Positions 38,548 to 51,771 of a DNA stretch of 64,000 nt are shown one piece after another; the stretch's first letter is position 1, and the number at the start of each line of letters is the position of its first letter. Source of the stretch: Octopus vulgaris (lineage: Eukaryota); contig OX597829.1 in NCBI GenBank assembly GCA_951406725.2, positions 47,740,001 to 47,804,000 on the forward strand, written 5' to 3'. The position numbers were made by a program, and so were the translations under genes. The notes beneath the pieces were generated by a model that saw only the letters and a program-made list of their open reading frames with translations, was not told the origin of the DNA and ran no database searches.

Positions 38548-38632
38548 TGGTACGATCGTTTCACACCTACATCATTTTATTAAATGTTGTAAGTATTACA
38601 ACAGTTTTAAAATGCTGAGCATTCATCAGCCA
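38548..38632 (-). ncRNA. Type I hammerhead ribozyme, canonical core, long stem II
   Basis: tgg-CTGATGA-atgct cagcatttta..tgttgtaa tac ttacaaca..taaaatgatg taggtgt-GAAAC-GATC-GTA-cca. Confidence 0.88.
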
Positions 38633-38800
38633 TTAATAGAGGTTTTCCATTAATACATAATTTTCATATCAATTGATAACATTATCCTTGTTGCTTATTT
38701 TGATTATAACCACCCAATGGATTTATATGGATAACACCATACAAAATTCTGGTGCATCTAACTTAATTACCATATTCATTTGTATCTAAATTTTGCTGAA

Positions 38801-38850
<50 letters not shown>

Positions 38851-38853
<3 letters not shown>

Positions 38854-39070
38854 GAAGGAGTGCTGGAATGTTGCTAGCTTTAAGGGCGTAACGAAAGGCT
38901 TAGTTTGAGACCCAACATTCCGTGTTCTTTTACAGGGCTTAAGAAAATTGAAGGACCGCTGCAACAAGTCTGTGAATCTGAGAGGGGAATAAGTTGAATA
39001 AAATCATAACTAACTGATCCTCCTGTATTTTCTTTTACCGAAACCAGGAAATTTTTCAGCAACGGCTCAA
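38851..39070 (+). mobile_element. Internally deleted mariner element (MITE-like)
   Basis: Degenerate TIRs; internal QGLRKLKDRCNKSVNLRGE*VE* matches a mariner transposase C-terminus; a sister copy lies at 51274-51482. Confidence 0.7.
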
Positions 39071-39721
39071 ATAAATAAAAGATTTACTTGATAAACCTTT
39101 TATCGTTCTATTTATACGTTATTTCCCGCCTTTGAAGTTACACTTAATACTTACTAGTTAACCTGAACATGATTCTTGAAAATAAGCCACCTATACGCAT
39201 CTCCACCACCCACCCAAAATAATGAAATATAAAAAAAAAACTCAATTAGCACAGTGTTTTTTTTATATGGGTGGGGAGGCCGTGAAGATTGAAAAGGGGA
39301 CAAATAGTCATCTTTTTATTTTATACAATCTTTTACTTGTTTCAGTCATTGAACTTCAATCAGACTGGAACGCTACCGTGAAGATTTTAATCGTTCAAAT
39401 CGATTCTAGAAGTTACTGTATTTAATTTGACATTTATTCTATCGGTTTTATTTTGCCGTACCGCTAATGTTACGGCGACATATACACACCAGTATCGGCC
39501 CTCAAGCGATGACGGGGGAGGGGGACAAACACACACATATGTATACATTTATATTATATATATATATTAATAGTTATCGCCAAGTTAATATGGCAGTCCA
39601 TAAATATAGGGCGAAAGCTGCCGTTGATTAGCTGCAAGAGGCCATCGCCTCTAGCTAGCTATATGACACATTAAAACCTTCGAACAGGGGAGGTCAACCG
39701 CTTCCCCTTGCTGGTCAGGCA

Positions 39722-39764
39722 TCTGCAGACAAGTTTCAGGGTATTTGCCCTTTATCAATGCAGA
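39722..39764 (-). ncRNA. Decayed hammerhead motif nested in a larger hairpin (39677-39809)
   Basis: tctgca-TTGATAA-aggg caaata ccct-GAAAC-tt-GTC-tgcaga. Confidence 0.6.
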
Positions 39765-40714
39765 GTAGTCGGACCCAGCAAGCGTCGCTACTGACCGTCT
39801 GTTCGAAGGATTATTTACCTAAATTCAGTGGAATACATCCACTGGTTTTCAAAAACGGAAATATTATTATTTCTAATTCTCTCTAAAGGAGACTACGGCC
39901 GTAGCATTAAGAATAAATTGTTCAACGAGTGCAACGAAGTTACATATTCGCTGCTGTTTGAAATTTAATAGCTAACTGGAAGCGTAAAAACTATCTGCCC
40001 ATGTCCAACATTTCTCGTTTCTTTGGACGGTTTCTTGTTTTTCAGTAAGATAGATGAGCAGATGTTAGCCCTTCTCATTACTTGAAGACAAGGGACATTA
40101 CGTCTCCATTACCGTGCAGTGTCGCCGATTCTGAATTAGACAGACAGAGAATGACATACAAAAGATGAGACCCTCTCTATCTAGTAATTGACTGCTAATA
40201 TATTTATCGAATTTGGAAGAATGCGAAGAAGCAAAATTGACCTCGGGTATTTGAACTGAGAAAGGAAAGAGCCAGGTCAATTATCCATAGGTATTTGCTG
40301 TCGTTCTGGAGAGGTTGCCACTATGGCCCTTCCCTGTCTGACAAAAACCAAGTAACCTTGACCAAGTACTCCTGAAATATTTTAGCTCTCCCTATATCTA
40401 TTAATGAGAAGACAATACAGAATTTGCAAGAAGCTTGCTTTCCAACCACATGATTCCGGCTTCATTCCCACTGCGTGGCACCTTGGGCAAGTATCTTCTA
40501 TTATAGCTTCGGGCCGGCCAAAGCCTTGTGAGTGGATACACACACACACAGAGTAACTAATTTCTATAGATCTGGAATTTGACCGGAGAAGGATTTGAAC
40601 TCTGAACAATAAAATTACTATATTTAAATAACCCTTATATTAGCCCTAAAGCCTTGTTGTTACCACAGCTTGTCTAATGTATCTTAGGTTCTTATATTTC
40701 TTTTATCCATTATC

Positions 40715-41160
40715 TTTTACTTGCTTAAGTCATTAGACTGCGGCCATGCTGGGGCACCACCTTGTAGGGTTTTAGTTGAACAAATCAATCTCACTATATC
40801 TTTTATCTTTTACTTATTTCAGTCATTGGACTGCGGCCATGCTAGGGCATGGCATTGAAGAATTTTTAATCGGATGTTTCGACCACAGTACCTATATATT
40901 TTAAAGCCTTGTACTTATTCTATTGTTCTCTTAAACCGTACCACTAAGTTACAGGGACATAAACACACGGGTACCGGTTTTCAAGCCGTTTGGGGGTGAC
41001 AAACACAGACACAAAAACACCCCGCACACACACACAAATATATATATATAAGACGGGTTTCTTTCAGTTTCCATTTACCAAATCCACTCACAAAACTTCG
41101 GTCGGCCCGAGGTTATAGCAGAAGACACTTGCCCGCAGTAGGACTGAACCTGGAACCACA
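40715..41160 (-). mobile_element. SINE family A with duplicated tail
   Basis: Two tail copies (about 40715 and 40808) followed by the body. Confidence 0.75.
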
Positions 41161-41673
41161 TATCCAAACCTGTGCCTAACCGGTACAACTCATTTTTGCC
41201 ATCTGAGTGGAATAAAGCAACGGGAAACAAAATGTCTTTTTCAAGGATATAACGCCCAACCTGGAATCGAATTCACGACCTTACGATCGAGAGCCAAAAA
41301 ATTCCCCTAACCATTAAGCCACGATTCTTCAATGAAATGACGTGTTCATTACCGATTTATGTAGAAGGAAACAGTTTCAGTAGAGAATCACAATCTGATC
41401 AATAAGTCTGTGGATCAAGGAAGATTTTGCCAGTTCACTAGCTCACCAGCTCACGAAATAAACAGTGGTTCCTTGGGAGAAACATTAAATCTGAGATTTT
41501 CGGTTACCGAAGGGACACAAAACATGTGAAACAACTTTAAATAGGGATCGAAATCGCGTACTCAAAATCCAACGTATTTGTGAGCAAATATTTGTTCAAC
41601 TGTTCCCGCTTTTTTCAATATCAACAATGACGAGAGAAATAGGAAATGTTCAGGAAAACCAAACAAGGATGCA

Positions 41674-41716
<43 letters not shown>

Positions 41717-42657
41717 TATGGAGACGGACAGACACATACACACTTACATACACACATGCAGACATACAGGCATATAGAAATTCAATTAAGAAGGCTTTCA
41801 TGTTGCCATATTACCACATGAGAAAAAGATTGACCTGATGATATAACTGGGTCAGTAGGGTCGCCAAATGTTTCTTTTATTTTTTTTTTATTTTTTAATT
41901 TACATTTTGTGTTTTTTTTTTTTTTTTTTGCTTTTAGTCGGAATTGATAATCAAGTTTTAAAGAAACTTCTCCCACCTGGAGGATCAGCGAGCATGAGGT
42001 ATCTTTTTGAAGTCAGTAAACTTTATTGAACTTCCAAGTTAAGGAAACAACTCCTTAATTTTAAAGCCATTGTAAAAAAAAAAATCCTTTATTTATTGAT
42101 TTATTCGTTCGTTCTTTGATACGTTCCTTCGTTTAATTAAAACCAATTCAAAATACATCCGGTCCAATTTTCGTAACATAATCCTCCACCCACTCGCTAC
42201 CTACAATACACAAACTAGCCACCCTTAGCTTATTTTTCGGTTTTTGCCTTTTTCCTTTTTTATACTTTATTTTCTGTAGCCCCTTTCTGCCCCTCAATTT
42301 CTGCCACTCTCTCCCTCTCTCTCTCTCTCTCTGTTCCTCTGTTCCTCTGTCTCTCTGTCTCCTCTTCCAGCCTACTCTTTTACCTCCCGACCTCACGTTT
42401 TCTCCTTTCTGTCTCACCCTTACCTTTATTTTATTATCTGTTTCTTTATCATATTTATTGTTTCATGCAACCAGCTTTTCCTTAGCTCGCTCGTCTACTC
42501 TACTCTTTCTTTCCTTTTCAAAACATATAAACAAATGTGTGTGTGTGTGTGTGTAGGTGTATGCATGTATGTATGCATATATACATATGCACAAATACAC
42601 ACACACATAGATATATATGCACATATAAATATAGTATATAAATATATATATATATAT

Positions 42658-42723
<66 letters not shown>

Positions 42724-43080
42724 CCACACATATATAGAATGGGAGAAAGCGCTAATGATCTAAGTGATATGATATATATATAAAAAATGTAATATATAAA
42801 TAAATATCTGTAAATATAAAACCATCCGATCTTCTGAGTATCTCATTTGTTCTAATATATAATACCTGTACATCATCTCCAAACCTTCCAATAAATATAT
42901 ATATATATGTATATATACATATACATATTGTTGAAGTGGATGGTTAGAAGTTAACCAAGCACACGTAGTAACATGTTTCCGATGTACTTTCGAAGTTGGT
43001 CGTCAAGGCATCGCCCCTTTTTTTTCCATACAAGCTACATCTGTGTAATGCCCTTGTGGCAAATTAGATAAAATAAAATA

Positions 43081-43505
43081 AAGTAGCTTGCTTACCAACC
43101 ACATGGTTCCGGGTTCAGTCCGACTACGTGGCACCTTGGACAACTATCTTCAGCTATAACCTCTGGTCGACCGAAGCCTTGTGATCGGATTTGGTAGACA
43201 GAAACTGAAAGAATCACGTCGTATATGTGTGTGTGTGTGTGTGTGTATGAGTGAGTGAGTGAGTGAGTGAGTGAGTGAGTGAGTGAGTGTGTGTGTTTGT
43301 GTGTCTGTGTTTGACCCCCACCATCGTTTGACAACCGATGCTGGTGTGTTTACGTGCCCGTAACTTAGCGGTTCGGCAAAAGAAACCAATAGAATAAGTA
43401 CTCGGTTTATAAAGAATATGTCCGTGGTCGATTTGTTCGACTAAAGATGGCGCTCCAGCATGGCCGCAGTTAAATTACTGAAACAAGTAAAAGAATAAAA
43501 GAATA
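43081..43505 (+). mobile_element. SINE family A
   Basis: Similarity to the family consensus. Confidence 0.85.
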
Positions 43506-43509
43506 CATA

Positions 43510-44400
43510 TACCCCCGCCAATATGCACAAGTCGTTTGGACTAAATTTGGACAGTTTGCATAAAAGGAAAAGAAAACAAAATCACCAATCCAAAAATGAA
43601 TGTATTTTAAGATATCAAAAAATATCAACTAGATTATGGCCGTGAGGTAACAGTTTTCTCAAAGTAGCCGCCCTCAACTACCAACACGGCTTCAAGAGGT
43701 CTCAGAGACATATGCCTTGCGTTCCTCACTGTGTCCCTCGAAAGATCTTCAAACACCTCTTCGATCTTGGCCACTTGCTCAGTCTTGGCGTTGCAGACGG
43801 ACTGATTAGGGTCTTTCACAACAGCACCAAACACATAGTAATCCTTGTGGTCGCTATCAAGGAATTAGGAGGCCAGAAACTGGGGTTGGTGAAATCATAG
43901 AAATTCTACGACAACCACTTCTGACTCTTTTCGGAGCTATGGCAAGGAGCCGATATTTGTTGTCCCATATATGACCTACCTGTAGCAACCTTCTCCAGCA
44001 GCTTTATGTAACCATCTAAACTGAGCTTAAGCGCCTTTCAAAAGTTTGGGGATGAATTCCGGCGTAGTCAGACTACGATCGAACCGCGGTACGGTCGTAG
44101 TCAGAACACCTCATGTGTCCCTTCCCGATGTTCACGGCTTCAGCAATCCATATGACGTCCTACAGCCTTTACAATTTTCACGCAGCATTGAACAGCAGTC
44201 ATGATGCTGGCATTTTGACACTAGGTGGGACTCATCATAATACAGGTAACTCTTTTCCAATATTCATATGGCCTCCATATTAGCTAACATTTTCTCAACT
44301 ACAGCTTTCATCTTTATGCTCACCAACGTTGTTGGCTGTTCACTAATACATGAAGCTGTTCCTGAAAAGAAAACGAGGCGTAATAACCGTCAAATATAGC
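43510..44400 (-). pseudogene. Decayed Tc1/mariner transposase and element remnant
   Basis: Minus strand has FWPPNS (WPPNSPD-like) then DYYVFG...EAVLVVEGGYFE, the DDD/E transposase C-terminus; multiple frameshifts. Confidence 0.8.
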
Positions 44401-44408
44401 TTGAACTA

Positions 44409-44440
<32 letters not shown>

Positions 44441-44444
<4 letters not shown>

Positions 44445-44825
44445 AGTGGCTGTGTGGTAAGTAGCTTGCTTACCAACCACATGGTTCCGGCTTCAGTCCT
44501 CTGTGTGGCACTTTGGGATAGTGTCTTCTACTATAGCCTCGGGCTGACCAAAAGCCTTGTGAGTGGATTTGGTAAACGGAAACTGAAAGAATCCCGTCAT
44601 ATATATATATATCTATATATATATATATATATATATATGTGTATGTGTGTGTGTGTATGTGTGTGTGTTTCTGCGTCTGTCTCCCCAACATCGCTTGACA
44701 GCCGATGCTGGTGTGTTTACGTCCCCGTTACTTAGCGGTTCGGCAAAAGAAAGCGATAGAATAAGAAGACACTTGCCCAAGGTGCCACGCAGTGGGATTG
44801 AACCCTAAACCATGTGGTTGGTAAA
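44441..44825 (+). mobile_element. SINE family A plus inverted head fragment
   Basis: Similarity to the family consensus. Confidence 0.8.
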
Positions 44826-45170
44826 CACACGATAACGGAGTTGTGGAAGGATTAATGTTATAAATAAAATATATACTAAACATCTATCTTCGAATGCGTA
44901 GTAATCTGATATTTCAGCTGAAAATAATCCTTTTCAAAAAGCGATGAACATGTGCGAAACATCTCTTCGCTTTTCAGATCTGTTTCAAGTGGTAAGATCG
45001 TGAACGTGCGTTGTAGAAGCTTGTAAACCGAATTATAAGTTACATGTCCCAAATTAACAACAGGCTGGAGCTTGGCAATCAATATATTAAACCTGCGAGG
45101 GACTAACCTTCCGATCAGGGGGAATGTTGGCTCTTTCGCCTAACCAGCGGGGTGGTATCATTCGAAAGCT

Positions 45171-45920
45171 AGGCGGCGAACTGGCAGAAACGTTAGCACT
45201 CCGGGCGAAATGCGTAGCCGTATTTCGTCTGCCGTTACGTTTTCAGTTCAAATTCCGCGGAGGTCGACTTTGCCTTTCATCCTTTCGGGGTCGTTAAATT
45301 AAGTACCAGTTACGCACTGGGGTCGATGTAATCGACTTAATCCGTTTGTCTGTCCTTGTTTGTCCTCTCTGTGTTTAGCCACTTGTGGGTAGTAAAGAAA
45401 TAGGTATCATTCGAAAGCTAAAACAATGCAAAACACAATAAGTCAGTGAGCTGGCAGAATCGTCAGCATACTAGGGTCGTTTTAATCGACTGATCTCACT
45501 ATCCCCAAAATTTCGGGCCTTGTGTCTAGATTAGAAAAGAATCGTTAGCACGCCGGGCGAAATGCTTAGCGATATTTCGTCCGTCTTTACGTTCTGAGTT
45601 CAAATTTCGCCGAGGTCGACTTTGCCTTTCATCCTTTCAGAGTTGATTAAATAAGTACCAGTTACGTACTGGGGTCGATGAAATCGACTGAATCCGTTTG
45701 TCTGTCCTTGTTTGTCCCCTCTGTGTATAGCTCCTTGTGGGCAGTAAAGAAATAGGTATTTCGTCCGTCTTTGCGCTCTGAGTTCAAATTCCGTCGAGGC
45801 TGACTTTCATCCTTTCATCCTTTCGAAGTCAATAAAATAAGTACCAGTTGAGTTTTGGGGTCGATGTAATCACCTTATCTCGTCTCCCCAAATTGCGGGC
45901 CTTGTGGCAAAATTTGAAAC
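45171..45920 (+). mobile_element. Cluster of family C SINEs
   Basis: At least three Meta-like units. The first is flanked by a duplicated ggtatcattcgaaagcta (near 45155 and 45403), a likely TSD inside a family D repeat. Confidence 0.85.
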
Positions 45921-46059
45921 CATTATTATGATTATTATCAAATGCTGTAAAAATTTTATCTTTGTTCTTATATTTAATCTGCATTACTATGGTTTTCTAA
46001 ATCTGGGAATTTTTAACAATATATTTTGCAATACCTCAAACATACGCACACACACACAC

Positions 46060-46107
<48 letters not shown>

Positions 46108-46286
46108 CGCACACACACACAAACACACAGACATGCACACACCGCGCACACACACATACATACACTCACAGAGATGACACACACACTTCCCCCACACACA
46201 CATACACACACGCACACACGCATACACACACATACACACACACACACTACGCACTCACACACACAAATACAAAGACATGCACACAC

Positions 46287-46323
<37 letters not shown>

Positions 46324-46678
46324 TCACAGAGATAGACACACACACACTCCCACACACGCAAGCGCATACATGAAACTTCTCAGTTTACTGATCGCCATTT
46401 TTTTTTTCTGTCTTTCTTTCTAAAGACAAGAAAAAAAAACAAAAAAAAAACAAATAGAAATAACAATCATTAAAGGACAATCTTGTATAAACTAATTTTG
46501 ATTAAAAGTAAGAGAATGAAGCACTTAATCTGGACAGATTTTTTTGTTTTTAGTGTTCTCTTCATTAAAAGGTTATTCTAGCGTGGGAGTAAACGGGGTT
46601 CTGTTACTCTGGTTTGCGTTGCTTTCTTTTTGTTTTGGCTTTTTACCGTGTTGTATTGCGTTGTAATATAGATTCTAC

Positions 46679-46736
<58 letters not shown>

Positions 46737-47285
46737 GGTGTATATATGCGAAGGCGCATATTTATGTGGGTGTGGTGTATGTGTGTTTGTGTCTCCGACA
46801 GATTTTTTTTTCTTTTTCCACCAAAGTTAAGTGAACACCGTTTGTAATTAAGCCATTTCAGCTGAAAAAACACACACAGTATGAAATTAAAAATAAAAGA
46901 ACAATAAAATGAATAAAATATAATAAATCTAATGTGCAACCGGAACTAGCTTCCAGACCGGAAGTAATACAATTATTGAAGCTATTCACGGAAAATAATT
47001 TTCTAGACAGGACCTTATTTCATTTTTTTCCACTTATTTTTTAGTTTATTTTAATTTTTTCTTTATGCTATTTTTATCCTACCTTCACCATTTTCTTTTC
47101 TTTACCATTTTTTGATTTCTTCTTGATCTTGTTTTTATGATTTTATTTTTATTTTTGTAATCGATTTACCTGCTAATCACAGTTCTGATGCTTGGCTAAC
47201 TTTCATACTGCGAATTTACATTTATGTAAGCATGTATGCATGTATGTGTTTATGTGTGGTATCTAACTACGTATGAATATATATG

Positions 47286-47379
<94 letters not shown>

Positions 47380-47511
47380 CACACAGACGTACATACATAT
47401 ACATATAGATGTGTCATTTGTTTGTATAAAATAATAACATTGAATTGAATTTATCATTTAATGATTAAATTATTTAATTGCTCAATTTATTATTTTGGTT
47501 TCCATTTCTAA

Positions 47512-47588
<77 letters not shown>

Positions 47589-47951
47589 GAGTATGAATAT
47601 AATTAAGTTTTAATAAGGCTTACGGGCTATTTACGACTAAATAGATGACTGAAAAGATGCCAATATTCAATATATATCGTGACAGAGATTTGGCTGGGTT
47701 GTGGTGACCGGGCGCTTACCACTCATGATTTCCAGTAGAATGAGATTATGTGATATGGAAATTCCTGCGCCTATGATAGACGATTCTGGTCTACTACGCT
47801 CTTTGTGTGTGCCTTTATGCACCAAGTGCCTATATGAGAGGATCTCTCAAAGTTAATAACATAGTATTCGGTTTTCTGGCCTGATATCTATATTATCTTG
47901 GATGTACAGATTAAATTTTGGTACTAATGTTGTTGCAGTTATTCATAATGG

Positions 47952-48026
<75 letters not shown>

Positions 48027-48286
48027 CATATGTATATTCATGTGCGTTAACTACAGCATTAGAGCGGTTTGGCTCTGATTTCTAGAAGTGTAGGTGTTTC
48101 TTCACGCCTTAGTCACATTTAGTGACATTTGTAATTCTCCATTTTGGTAAAACATTGCATACTGCTGTTCATATTAATTATATATATATATAATTAATAT
48201 CAGGGTAATAAAGATTTTAGAAATTTTTACTACTAGTGGCCTAGCGAGTAGAAAAATTAGTCAATAGACTATATGTTATTCATATT

Positions 48287-48379
48287 AAATACAGTGTACA
48301 TTTAAACACATTAAGGGGTCGCCATCATAGGAAAGGATTCCTATGATGGAAACCTCTTAATATGTTTAAATGTACACTG

Positions 48380-48384
<5 letters not shown>
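48287..48384. repeat. About 100-bp hairpin
   Basis: aaatacagtgtacatttaaaca.attaag.gg...ccatcatagga/tcctatgatgg...cttaatatgtttaaatgtacactgtattt. Confidence 0.85.
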
Positions 48385-48421
<37 letters not shown>

Positions 48422-48599
48422 ATAATATTAGGGAATAAATCCAAACTTACAGGGAAAAATTAGATTTAGGATTAAATCCAATTTTATAGTATAAATTTAT
48501 TATATTATATTATATTAAATTAGAGATAAAACCACTATTAGGCAAATCAAACAGTGAAAAACATAAGTCAATGCATAAAATTAATATAAAAATATAAAA

Positions 48600-48631
<32 letters not shown>

Positions 48632-48972
48632 TAAAGTAAGATCAGGATTCTGATAGTATCAGTTACTTGAAAAGGTATGCACCAGGTAGGGTTGGGTAAT
48701 CTCTGTGCTTCCAGCGGTCATTGGTTGGTGAGAGTCGAGATATCAGATAAGATATTTCGGTTGTGTACAGAGAGAAAACCAGTCCTATGAATATTTATCG
48801 ACTGGGGTCTGGTGCAAATTACATGTTACTTTGAATAGTATGTTCTTGGTATTCTCTATGGTGCCTGATAAGTTGTAAATTCCCTGTGGTGTATTATAAT
48901 CTAATGAATAATAGCAGACGATGGATAATTGTCGGCTGACAATTATCCATCGTATGTCACTATTCATTTGAT

Positions 48973-49003
<31 letters not shown>

Positions 49004-49004
49004 G

Positions 49005-49091
<87 letters not shown>

Positions 49092-49594
49092 ACACACTTG
49101 AGGCCGGTTTATTGGATTACCCATGGTTTCGCGTCCATAAAAATATATCCTAAGATAACTTAAATAACTTAGGTGTGTTTGACCAAGAATCTTCTATTAT
49201 ATCCGAACATAATCTTTAGTGAATTTGGTACACGGAAACTGAAAGAAGCCCGTCGTATATTTGTAAGTGTGTGTGCGCGCTCGCCGAGTGTGCATGTGTG
49301 TATGTTTGTAGAGAGATTGAGAGAGAGAGAGAGAGAGAGAGAGAGCGATGTACATATATTTTGTACACATAATTCTTACCTATACTTGTAAACGCACGTA
49401 AGACGGAGAAGAAGAGCGCAATGAAGAAAGACTAGGAAGTGCCTTATGACCAATATATAACAACATCCGGCAGCCTAATCGATGCAGGTGAAAACGGAGA
49501 TATTATATTTATGCGTATACATTTTAAGTACTTCATCTGGGGGAGATTTGACTACTACACACACACACGCATACACGCGCGCGCACACACATAC

Positions 49595-50165
49595 TCTTTT
49601 ATTTGTTTCAGTCATTTGACTGCGGCCATGCTGGAGCACCGCCTTTCAGTCGAGCAAATCGATCCCGGGACTTATTTCTTTGTAAGCCTAGTACTTATTC
49701 TATCGGTCTCTTAGGCCGAACCGCTAAGTTACGAGGACGTAAACACACCAGCATCAGTTGTCAAGCGATGTTGGCGGGACAAACATAGACACACAAACAT
49801 ATCACACATACATATATACACATATATACATATATACGACGGGCTTCTTTCAGTTTTCGTCTACCAAATCCTCTCACAAGGCTTTGGTTGGCCCGGGGCT
49901 ATAGTAGAAGACAGTTGCCCAAGGTGCCTCGTAATGGGACTGAACCCGGAATCATGTGGTTGGTAAGCATGCTACTTACCACACAGCCACTCCTGCGCAT
50001 ATATATACGCACAAACATACATATACGACAAGTTTCTTTCAGTTTTTGTCTACCAAACCCATTTCTGGGACTACAGCAGAAGACATTTACCCAAACTGAT
50101 ACACCATGGGACTGAACCCTAAACCACATGGTTGGGAAGCAAGGTTCCTAGCTACGCAGCCACAC
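49595..50165 (-). mobile_element. SINE family A, full length plus an extra head
   Basis: Similarity to the family consensus. Confidence 0.85.
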
Positions 50166-50862
50166 AGCCACGGCTACGCCAACGCCTACGTCTAAGTGCT
50201 TTAGTGAAATTCACTGTGTGGAAAGCTGTAGTGATATAAAAATTTGCAACGCCAGGTAAATTTGAGGGGCTCGACATTCTGGAAAGGATCTATCTTCGCT
50301 CTACCTGTCGCCTCCCTTCACTGCACACGAACTTATAAACAAATTTATCAAGACCACCGCTGATTTCCCAGAAATGCGTATTTCGCTTTGTATTCCGCTG
50401 AAATAAAATGATACAACAGTGCTTTGCTGTTTTCTTCAACTGGGTTTATGATTTTGATGAGATTGGGCTTTTATGATCTCATTCTCCTTTTTTTATGTTA
50501 ATAGAGTTTTCTTTGGTTTGGTGAGTAAAGGCTGTTTCGCTATGCACAACCCTTGTTTAAATAAAGGATTACTTGTGTTGGGTTATTAAAAATCAACACT
50601 TTTATTCTAGATTTAAGCATGGACGCCGTGTTTATTTTTATTGTGATCATTGAGTACTACGGCATAGTTTCTTAGTAGAATATACGTTTTGTTTCTTGGC
50701 AAAAGGTGTAGAAAGGAAAGGTAATTTATCGAATAGTTTTATGACCGACATTTTTTTTTTTTATCTTTCGCTTATTTATTTATTTCATGGCTTAATCAGA
50801 GGAGAAAGGATAACGTCCGTTGGTGAAGTAACCGATGTTATTTATATATATATATATATATA

Positions 50863-51259
50863 CTAGCAGTATCGCCCGGCGTTGCTTGGGTTTGTAAGGG
50901 AAATAACTATATAAGCATTTTTAGAGAGTTATAGCCAAATTATAGCAAAAAATGCATTCAAAATGGAAAAAAAATTATGGTAATTTTTTTTAAAAATCGT
51001 TGAATCATCGTAGACATTTTTAGAGAGTTACTTCCCTTTATTAAAAAAATATGCATTAAAATGGAAAAAAATGATGGTAAATTATTTTTAAAATCGTAGA
51101 CTCATCGTAGACGCGCGCTAATACCCAGAAGGGCTCGATATGAATCACGACTATAAGATACCCGGTTTTGGTTAAACTGCACCGCTAAATGTGGGAGTAG
51201 TTAGGAATCTAAATCGGAGTAGACAGACACTCACACAACTTCACTTTTATATATAAAGA
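50863..51259 (-). mobile_element. Non-autonomous Helitron
   Basis: Minus strand starts TC(tttatatataaaagtgaagttgtgtg) and ends with the hairpin cccaagcaacgccggg followed by CTAG. It is inserted between A and T in a TA tract and has an internal duplication of about 100 bp. Confidence 0.85.
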
Positions 51260-51273
51260 TATATATATATATA

Positions 51274-51482
51274 TACAAGAGAGAGCTGAAAAGTTCCTGG
51301 CTTTAAGCTTATCACGAAAGGCTTTGTTGGAGGTCCAACCTTCTGAGGTCTTTTACAGGGCTAAGAGAAACTGAAGGACTGCTGTGTATCTAAGACGGGA
51401 ATATGTTGAATAGAATCATAATTAATTGATCCTCCTTTATTTTCTTTTACCCAAAGCCAGGAAATGTTCAGCACCCCTCGAA
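51274..51482 (+). mobile_element. Internally deleted mariner element
   Basis: TIRs gctgaaaagttcctggc and gccaggaaatgttcagc; homologous to 38851-39070. Confidence 0.75.
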
Positions 51483-51720
51483 CACACACCCGAACACTCA
51501 CACACGCACACATACATATATATATATGTATTGGTGTGAATTAAGATGGGTATATTATTTGGGCGGATACCATGGTAGCCCTCAGTCCAGGTTACGGCTA
51601 ACCACATCGATTAGCATTTAACATCGATGACTTCTATGGGTTGTCACTCCTACTGTAGAATCCTCTGATGAGTAATTGCGTGTTCGCTTCTCTGTGAGGT
51701 AATATTATCTCGAATGTATA

Positions 51721-51771
<51 letters not shown>

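Noticed and set aside
41830-41856. CTGATGA inside a small hairpin
   Set aside because: No downstream GAAA or GUH arrangement, so not a hammerhead.
47600-47950. Possible decayed PLE endonuclease tail (ESSII-like) on the minus strand
   Set aside because: Similarity too weak to support without a profile search.
51660-51720. CTGATGA near a TA/TG-flanked segment
   Set aside because: No convincing stem II closure or GAAA-stem III; too degenerate to call.
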